Positions 26,029 through 32,000 of a DNA stretch of 32,000 bases are shown here, piece by piece (position 1 is the stretch's first letter; each line of letters opens with the position of its first letter). A model generated the notes under the pieces. That model saw nothing but the letters and a program-made list of their open reading frames with translations. It ran no database searches and was not told the origin of the DNA. The stretch lies in assembly GCF_000195955.2 (NCBI RefSeq), contig NC_000962.3:3570001-3602000 (forward strand), in the 5' to 3' direction. Made by a program: the position numbers and the translations under genes. The stretch comes from Mycobacterium tuberculosis H37Rv (GTDB lineage: Bacteria; Actinomycetota; Actinomycetes; Mycobacteriales; Mycobacteriaceae).

Positions 26029-27534
26029 CTACAGCATCAACCGTCCCCGGCGTCCGACCGGTACCCGTAGCACCACATCGGTGCCACGTTCGCGGGCGTC
26101 CCGCATACCTAACGAGCCGTCCAATTCCGCAGAGACCAAGGTCCGCACGATCTGCAGGCCCAGGCTGTCCGACTTCTCCAGGCTGAAACCTTGCGGCAGA
26201 CCAAGCCCGTCGTCGTGCACGACGACATCGAGCCAACGCGCAGAGCGTTCCGCTCGAATCGTCACGGACCCTTCCGCCGCCGCCGGGTCGAACGCATGCT
26301 CGATCGCGTTCTGCACCAGCTCGGTGATCACCATGATCAGCGCCGTGGCGCGGTCGGAGTCGAGCACACCGAGGTCGCCAACCCGATTTATCCGGATCGG
26401 CCTGTCCACCGATGCCACATCGTTCATGATCGGCAGAATCCGGTCGATGACCTCGTCAAGGTTCACCTGCTCGTCCACCGACATCGACAACGCATCGTGG
26501 ACCAAGGCAATCGACGACACTCGGCGCACCGACTCGATCAGCGCTTCCCGCCCCTCGGCGTTGGACGTCCGGCGAGCCTGCAGCCGCAACAGCGCGGCCA
26601 CCGTCTGCAGGTTGTTCTTAACCCGATGATGGATTTCCCGGATCGTGGCGTCCTTGGATATCAGGGCTCGGTCGCGCCGCTTCACCTCGGTCACGTCGCG
26701 GATCAATATCGCGGCGCCGACATTGCGACCAGCTACCACCAGCGGCAGAGTCCGCAGCAGCACCGTGGCGCCGCCGGCGTCGACCTCCATCCGCATACCC
26801 TTTCCATCCCCGGCCAGCAAGTCCTGCACATGCTCGTCTACCTCGTGCGCCTCGAACGGGTCCGAGATCAGCGGGCGCGTCGCGTCAATGAGATTGACGC
26901 CCTCCAACTCGGTGGTCAAACCCATTCGGTGGTAAGCCGATAGGGCATTGGGGCTGGCGTAAGAGACCACACCGTCGACATCGAGACGGATGAAGCCGTC
27001 ACCCGCGCGCGGGCTAGATCGCGACATCGCCACGTCCCCTGCGTCGGGAAAGGTGCCCTCCGCCAGCATCCGGAGAAGATCTGTGGCGCACAACCGATAG
27101 GCGGTCTCCAGGTGGCCGGATCTACGTCGCGCCGCCAGTTCGGGTTGATGCCGTGTCAGCACCGCCACCACCTGATCGCCAAAGCGCACCGGGGAGACTT
27201 CGACACTGTGGCCGTCGTGTTGACATGAATTCTGTTGGCCGACAGCGCCTTCCCGTCCCGGGACACCACCGGAGAAGGTCGCGGCGACCAGCGGCATGCT
27301 ATTGGCGGCGACGACGGTGCCTACCGCGTCGGTATGCACCACCGTCGGCCCGGTGTTCGGCCGGCATTGCGCAACGCACACCAGGACACCGTCGTCGCGG
27401 CGAACCCACATCAGGTAATCGGCAAACGACAAGTCGGCAAGGAGCTGCCACTCCCCGACCACCGCATGCAGGTGGTCCACCGCGCTGCCCGGCAGCACCG
27501 TGTGTTCGGCGAGCAGATCACCGAGTGTGGACAT
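26029..27534 (-). CDS. pdtaS: Cytosolic GAF-PAS sensor histidine kinase PdtaS, 501 aa
   Basis: No TM segments. HisKA_2-type H-box IREIHHRVKNNLQTVAALL and a C-terminal HATPase region (VQNAIEHAF...DDGLGLP). Confidence 0.9.
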   Translation of the reverse strand: MSTLGDLLAEHTVLPGSAVDHLHAVVGEWQLLADLSFADYLMWVRRDDGVLVCVAQCRPNTGPTVVHTDAVGTVVAANSMPLVAATFSGGVPGREGAVGQQNSCQHDGHSVEVSPVRFGDQVVAVLTRHQPELAARRRSGHLETAYRLCATDLLRMLAEGTFPDAGDVAMSRSSPRAGDGFIRLDVDGVVSYASPNALSAYHRMGLTTELEGVNLIDATRPLISDPFEAHEVDEHVQDLLAGDGKGMRMEVDAGGATVLLRTLPLVVAGRNVGAAILIRDVTEVKRRDRALISKDATIREIHHRVKNNLQTVAALLRLQARRTSNAEGREALIESVRRVSSIALVHDALSMSVDEQVNLDEVIDRILPIMNDVASVDRPIRINRVGDLGVLDSDRATALIMVITELVQNAIEHAFDPAAAEGSVTIRAERSARWLDVVVHDDGLGLPQGFSLEKSDSLGLQIVRTLVSAELDGSLGMRDARERGTDVVLRVPVGRRGRLML

Positions 27535-27550
27535 GAGTGACTATCAACGA

Positions 27551-27766
27551 CTAGCTGATCACCGCGATAAGGTCGCCGGCCTGAATGACATCGCCCACCG
27601 ATACCGCCACCTTGCTGACCGTTCCGGCAGCTTCGGCCAGGACGGGGATCTCCATCTTCATCGACTCCAGCAGCACCACGACGTCGCCCTTGTCGATCTG
27701 ATCGCCTTCGTTGACAACGACTTCGAGAACGCTGGCCACGATCTCGGCGCGAACATCCTCGGCCAT
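27551..27766 (-). CDS. Stand-alone biotinyl/lipoyl-carrier domain protein (TB7.3-like), 71 aa
   Basis: MAEDVRAEIVASV...VVVLLESMKMEIPVLAE carries the biotinylation motif (E)SMKM. ATG 27766 was chosen over the 79-aa start. Confidence 0.85.
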   Translation of the reverse strand: MAEDVRAEIVASVLEVVVNEGDQIDKGDVVVLLESMKMEIPVLAEAAGTVSKVAVSVGDVIQAGDLIAVIS

Positions 27767-27966
27767 CATCACCCCACTCTTTTCGGCCATGCCGTATGCT
27801 GACTGCTGGTCATCGGACTTCCATCAAACTCAGGTATATCGAACCATAAGAACCCTGGGGAGCGCGGCACGCGGGCTATTGGGGTCGCGCGCGACGCCGC
27901 ATGAGAAACTGGGCAATGACCGGGCGGCCGCTGCCTGCCCGCACCTGAGCAATGACGGAGGTTCCG

Positions 27967-28041
27967 ATGGCCAAGCGTGGCCGTAAGAAGCGTGACCGCA
28001 AGTACAGCAAGGCCAACCACGGCAAGCGGCCCAATTCCTAA
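27967..28041 (+). CDS. 24-aa highly basic peptide, probable actinobacterial ribosomal protein bL37
   Basis: Below the ORF-track length cutoff. GGAGG at 27957..27961, a 5-nt spacer, then ATG. The product is MAKRGRKKRDRKYSKANHGKRPNS, which matches my recollection of the bL37 family signature (..SKANHGKRPN.). Confidence 0.7.
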   Translation: MAKRGRKKRDRKYSKANHGKRPNS

Positions 28042-28050
28042 CGCACTGCG

Positions 28051-28356
28051 CTAGGGCCCTCCACGGATGATGGTGGTCCGGCGGATCTCTAGCCGAAGAC
28101 GCTCCCGCAAGCCCTCGGGGGCCCTGTCGCCTCGGCACTTGGTCCCGATCAACGCCTTGATCCGTTCCTCGAGCCCGTAATGCCTCAGGCACCCCGGGCA
28201 GGCCTCGAGGTGTCGCCGCAGCCTCTCGCGGGTTTCCGGGGTGCATTCACCGTCAAGCAGGGTCCACACCTCGGCGATCACTTCCGCGCAACCCATGCCG
28301 CCGTGGGAATCGTCGTGGTCCGCGTGCGCATCGGTCGGACCGCAATTTTCGCTCAC
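28051..28356 (-). CDS. rshA: Zinc-binding anti-sigma factor RshA (ZAS family), 101 aa
   Basis: HxxxCxxC motif HLEACPGC plus upstream Cys residues. The start overlaps the upstream ORF stop by 4 bp. Confidence 0.9.
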   Translation of the reverse strand: MSENCGPTDAHADHDDSHGGMGCAEVIAEVWTLLDGECTPETRERLRRHLEACPGCLRHYGLEERIKALIGTKCRGDRAPEGLRERLRLEIRRTTIIRGGP

Positions 28357-28904
28357 TGGTGCACCATCCTTGTGTCGGTGATCTCGGATGGATTGCCGAT
28401 GTAGAGGCGCCGCTGGGTTAGCGCCCCGCGCGCTTGACAGCCGTGATGTCCATCATGAGTTTTGCGGAGTCCGGCGGTTGCCCCGGACGCGCCGACCGTC
28501 GACAGGGCCAAGCGCCGACGAGCGCCGAACGACTCGCCCCGCACGCCGACGCCCAGCCCGAATTGCTGGCCTGCTTGGCCGGCGTCGCCCGCTCCACCGG
28601 CTAGTCCGACAAAGTCACCCACGTCGGGTTCGGTTGGGCGGCAGACAAACAACTCCGCAACGGTGTCTGCGACTTCGCCGGCGACAGCCGCCGAGCCAAC
28701 CTCTAGGCCGCCGACCTGCACAACCGCACCCGAGCCCGCGGCCACGACCACCGGCACGCGGTACGCATCCTCGCCCGCGCCTGGCTTTACGTCATCTGAC
28801 ACCGCTGGCAAGACGGCATCGCTTACGACCCCACCCAACACCGAGCCCTGCAGGCTCTCCTTGACCAAGTTCGCCAAACGGCGGCTTGACACCGGGCTGC
28901 TCAT
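28353..28904 (-). CDS. Gly/Ala/Val-rich hypothetical protein between sigH and rshA, 183 aa
   Basis: Third-position GC is about 78% by my count. ATGA-type overlaps with sigH (28901..28904) and rshA (28353..28356) indicate translational coupling. No recognisable motif. Confidence 0.6.
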
Positions 28905-29551
28905 GACGACACCCCCTCGTGCGCCTGCTCGCCCCTGGCAAACCCCCGATCCCTGGCCACATCGGCTAAAAGACCGCGCAACTGACGTCGGCCGCGATGA
29001 AGCCTCGACATCACGGTGCCGATCGGAGTATCCATGATCTCGGCGATCTCCTTGTAGGGGAAACCTTCGACATCGGCGTAGTAGACCGCCATCCGGAACT
29101 CTTCCGGCAATGCCTGCAGCGCCTCTTTGATCTCGGTGTCCGGCAACGCTTCTAACGCTTCGACTTCAGCCGAGCGCAGCCCGGTCGAGGAATGCTCGGC
29201 GTTGGACGCCAGTTGCCAATCGGTGATCTGCTCGGTCGGATACTCCGCCGGTTGCCGCTGTTTCTTGCGATAGCTGTTGATGTAGGTGTTGGTCAGTATC
29301 CGGTAGAGCCAGGCCTTGAGATTGGTACCGTGCCGGAACGAACGAAATCCCGCATAGGCCTTCACCATCGTCTCCTGGAGCAAGTCCTCGGCGTCGGCCG
29401 GATTGCGCGTCATCCGCAGCGCACCGCCGTACAGCTGGTCCAACAGGGGAATCGCGTCGCGCTCGAAACGCGCGGTCAACTCCTCGTCTGTCTCCTCAGA
29501 CGGCCCAGGCTGCAGACCCGCCGAACCGGTTACACCATCGATGTCGGCCAT
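28901..29551 (-). CDS. sigH: ECF sigma factor SigH, 216 aa
   Basis: Region 2 ([14 protein letters not shown]...[12 protein letters not shown]) and region 4 HTH ([25 protein letters not shown]). ATG 29551 (MADIDGVTG...) was chosen over the 284-aa ORF start. Confidence 0.95.
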
Positions 29552-29755
29552 CTTGATTAACTGGGTCCCTTCGTTTGCGGTGTCGCCGGACAGCACCGGC
29601 GCGGACACCGGACGTGCGAGCATGCGAGCCAACCGCTTCTCACCCAACAGGCTCGTCGCCGTTGACACCAGACTCCCCTCGTCCCAATGTAGAGGCCGCG
29701 ACCGACACTGTCTGCACCGGTCTGGCCAGCCACGTGGCTGCAGGAACCGAACCAA

Positions 29756-29784
29756 TCAACCGTGTTCGCCAGCGGGTTATTTCC
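29756..29784 (-). promoter_or_regulatory. Candidate autoregulated SigH-type promoter (GGAAAT-N17-gGTTGA)
   Basis: The minus strand reads GGAAAT aacccgctggcgaacac g GTTGA, about 200 nt upstream of the sigH ATG. The architecture is the same as the motif upstream of moeZ. Confidence 0.4.
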
Positions 29785-29850
29785 AGCGCTGAATCGCATG
29801 CGGCCTGTCCCGCAGTCCGGTGGAATCGAGCAGGGCGTTAGGGTGACGCC

Positions 29851-30699
29851 ATGTCACTCAACGGCAAGACCATGTTCATCTCTGGCGCCAGTCGCGGTAT
29901 CGGCCTTGCGATCGCCAAGCGGGCCGCGCGCGACGGCGCCAACATTGCCTTGATCGCCAAGACCGCCGAGCCGCATCCAAAGCTGCCAGGCACGGTGTTC
30001 ACGGCCGCCAAGGAACTCGAGGAAGCCGGCGGCCAGGCACTGCCGATCGTCGGGGATATCCGCGACCCGGATGCGGTCGCGTCCGCGGTGGCCACCACCG
30101 TGGAGCAGTTCGGGGGCATCGATATCTGCGTCAACAATGCCTCGGCGATCAACTTAGGGTCCATCACCGAGGTGCCAATGAAGCGTTTCGACCTGATGAA
30201 CGGCATCCAGGTGCGTGGCACCTACGCAGTATCCCAAGCGTGCATTCCCCATATGAAAGGCCGTGAGAACCCGCACATCCTGACGCTGTCCCCGCCGATC
30301 CTGCTGGAGAAGAAGTGGCTGCGGCCGACGGCCTACATGATGGCCAAGTACGGCATGACGCTGTGCGCGCTGGGAATCGCCGAGGAGATGCGCGCCGACG
30401 GCATCGCGTCGAACACGTTGTGGCCACGCACGATGGTGGCCACCGCGGCGGTACAGAACCTGCTGGGCGGCGACGAGGCGATGGCGCGGTCCCGCAAGCC
30501 CGAGGTATACGCCGACGCGGCCTACGTCATCGTCAACAAGCCCGCCACCGAATACACCGGCAAGACGCTGCTGTGCGAGGACGTGCTCGTCGAATCCGGC
30601 GTCACCGACTTGTCGGTCTACGACTGCGTCCCAGGTGCGACGCTCGGCGTCGACCTGTGGGTGGAAGACGCCAACCCGCCGGGGTACCTCCCGGCCTAG
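29851..30699 (+). CDS. Short-chain dehydrogenase/reductase, 282 aa
   Basis: Cofactor motif ISGASRGIG, NNAS and catalytic YxxxK (YMMAKYG). Confidence 0.9.
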   Translation: MSLNGKTMFISGASRGIGLAIAKRAARDGANIALIAKTAEPHPKLPGTVFTAAKELEEAGGQALPIVGDIRDPDAVASAVATTVEQFGGIDICVNNASAINLGSITEVPMKRFDLMNGIQVRGTYAVSQACIPHMKGRENPHILTLSPPILLEKKWLRPTAYMMAKYGMTLCALGIAEEMRADGIASNTLWPRTMVATAAVQNLLGGDEAMARSRKPEVYADAAYVIVNKPATEYTGKTLLCEDVLVESGVTDLSVYDCVPGATLGVDLWVEDANPPGYLPA

Positions 30700-30706
30700 C
30701 GACAGC

Positions 30707-31032
30707 AAAACCCTGATCCTCGAGTTGCCCGACGAGCGGGCCGTCGCGATCGTGCCGGTGCCGTCGAAGTTGTCGCTGAAGGCGGCCGGCGGCCCTAGGG
30801 GTGCCCAAAGCGGCCATGGCTAAACCCGCTGCCGCCGAACAAGCCACCGGCTACGTGGTCGGCGGCATCTCCCCGTTCGGTCAGCGCAAGCGGCTGCGGA
30901 CCGTGGTCGATGTGTCGGCCTTGAGCTGGGACCGGGTACTGCGGTGCCGGCAAACGGCATTGGGCCGTCACGGTGGCCCCGCCGGACCTGATCACCTTGA
31001 TCAGCGCGATCATCGCTAACATCCGGGCCTAG
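30707..31032 (+). pseudogene. Remnant of a YbaK/ProX-type aminoacyl-tRNA editing domain gene (N-terminally truncated, two frameshifts)
   Basis: Three consecutive frames read KTLILELPDERAVAIVPVPSKLSLKAA, then PKAAMAKPAAAEQATGYVVGGISPFGQRKRLRTVVDVSALSWDRV, then CGAGKRHWAVTVAPPDLITLISAIIANI. Joined, they resemble the C-terminal two thirds of YbaK. The track shows two fragments of 62 and 72 aa. Confidence 0.65.
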
Positions 31033-32000
31033 CGCCGTACCGGAAATCGGCGAGGACTTCACCGATGGCGTAGCGCGCGCTGGCCGCCAGCGGCGGGTTG
31101 GTGTCTTGGTAGTACGGGAGCGCGATCAAGGCGATGGCCAGAGCTCTGCCGCGCCCGCGCATCCAGTCGTCGTCGGCGGCGCCGACCGCGACGCGGAACT
31201 GAGCACGGGCGGGCGCCGACAGGAGGTTCCACGCGATGATCAAGTCGACGCTGGGGTCACCGACGCCCATCAGACCGAAGTCAATGACGCCCGTCAAGCG
31301 TCCTTGCGCTGTCAGGATGTTGAACCGGGACAGGTCACCGTGGAACCACATCGGCGGCCCCGCATACGGAGGAACGCGTAGGGCTGATTCCCACGCGGCA
31401 GTTGCCGCGTGGACGTCGATGATCCCGTCGAGGGCCGCCAGCGCTGCGCGTACCTCGGCATCCTGCTCCCCCAGCGGCGCACCCCGCTTGGCGGGCGGCC
31501 CGCCCATGGGGTCGGTGGCCCGTAAGGCGGTGATGAAGTCAGCCAGGTCCTCGACGGCCCGATTGGGCTCGACGAACTCGGCTGCCGACGGGTTCTCACC
31601 CGCAACCCAGCGGCACACTGACCACGGCCAACCGAACCCCTCAGCCGGGCTCCCCAACCCCACCGGAACTGGGCTGGCAACGCCTAGATGCGCAGCGATC
31701 CGCGGCAGCCACTGTTGCTCGGTCCGAAGGCTCTCGATGGCCCAGCCAATGCGCGGGATGCGCACGGCCAGGTCCTCGCCTAGCCGGTACATTGCGTTGT
31801 CCGTGCCCGCCGAGCGCACCGGTGCAATGGGTAGATCCGCCCACTGTGGGAATTGTGCACGCAGCAGACGCCGCACCAGATCCTCGTCGATATCCACCTC
31901 ATCGGCGTGCATCTTTGCCCTTAGGACACGTTCGTACCGGTCGAAGACGGTTCCGTCCTGCTCACAGATCCGCCGCACGAAAGCAAAGCCCGCCCGCAAC
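31016..32000 (-). CDS. Aminoglycoside/antibiotic phosphotransferase (APH)-like domain protein, C-terminal part; the 5' end lies beyond the right window edge
   Basis: Kinase-like motifs WFHGDLSRFNIL (catalytic HGD..N) and VIDFGLMGVGDP (DFG-like). The reading frame is still open at the window edge. I recall the full protein having an N-terminal GNAT domain. Confidence 0.85.
   Translation of the reverse strand, partial: LRAGFAFVRRICEQDGTVFDRYERVLRAKMHADEVDIDEDLVRRLLRAQFPQWADLPIAPVRSAGTDNAMYRLGEDLAVRIPRIGWAIESLRTEQQWLPRIAAHLGVASPVPVGLGSPAEGFGWPWSVCRWVAGENPSAAEFVEPNRAVEDLADFITALRATDPMGGPPAKRGAPLGEQDAEVRAALAALDGIIDVHAATAAWESALRVPPYAGPPMWFHGDLSRFNILTAQGRLTGVIDFGLMGVGDPSVDLIIAWNLLSAPARAQFRVAVGAADDDWMRGRGRALAIALIALPYYQDTNPPLAASARYAIGEVLADFRYGARPGC

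Noticed and set aside
29838-29856. IdeR iron-box-like sequence TTAGGGTGACGCCATGTCA overlapping the SDR start codon
   Set aside because: Only about 9 of 19 positions match the TTAGGTTAGGCTAACCTAA consensus and the dyad symmetry is poor. This is probably chance.

Overview
High-GC (about 65%) actinobacterial chromosome. Gene content and order match, from memory, the Mycobacterium tuberculosis complex core region that is Rv3198c to Rv3225c in H37Rv numbering. The order is uvrD2, mycoredoxin, nudC, K+ channel, adnB/adnA, lipV, ATL-like protein, moeZ, TetR, TB9.4, rhlE, parA-like, gpm2-entC-GNAT, DAG-kinase-like, whiB1, pdtaS, TB7.3, rshA/sigH, SDR, ybaK remnant and APH-domain protein. The window is densely coded housekeeping, DNA-repair and redox-stress DNA with many 4-bp start/stop overlaps. 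I found no tRNA, rRNA, IS element, prophage, CRISPR array or defence island, and no convincing evidence for a new multi-gene system. The observations worth a second look are local. (1) Two enzyme genes, the lipV alpha/beta hydrolase and the GNAT downstream of entC, have conserved N-terminal segments in a different frame from the rest of the gene. (2) A 24-codon ORF below the ORF-track cutoff, with a strong Shine-Dalgarno, looks like ribosomal protein bL37. (3) In an MmpS-like Thr/Pro-rich gene, coding signal and the membrane anchor extend upstream of any canonical start codon. (4) A 56-bp tandem repeat (VNTR-like) abuts a start codon in a divergent promoter region. (5) An MGMT-fold protein has PWHRV instead of PCHRV, which marks it as alkyltransferase-like. 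(6) Identically spaced GGAAnn-N17-sGTTGA ECF-type promoter motifs lie upstream of sigH and moeZ. (7) A ybaK editing-domain gene is multiply frameshifted and truncated. Locus names and literature points come from memory and need a database check. All sequence-level statements were read directly from the window.
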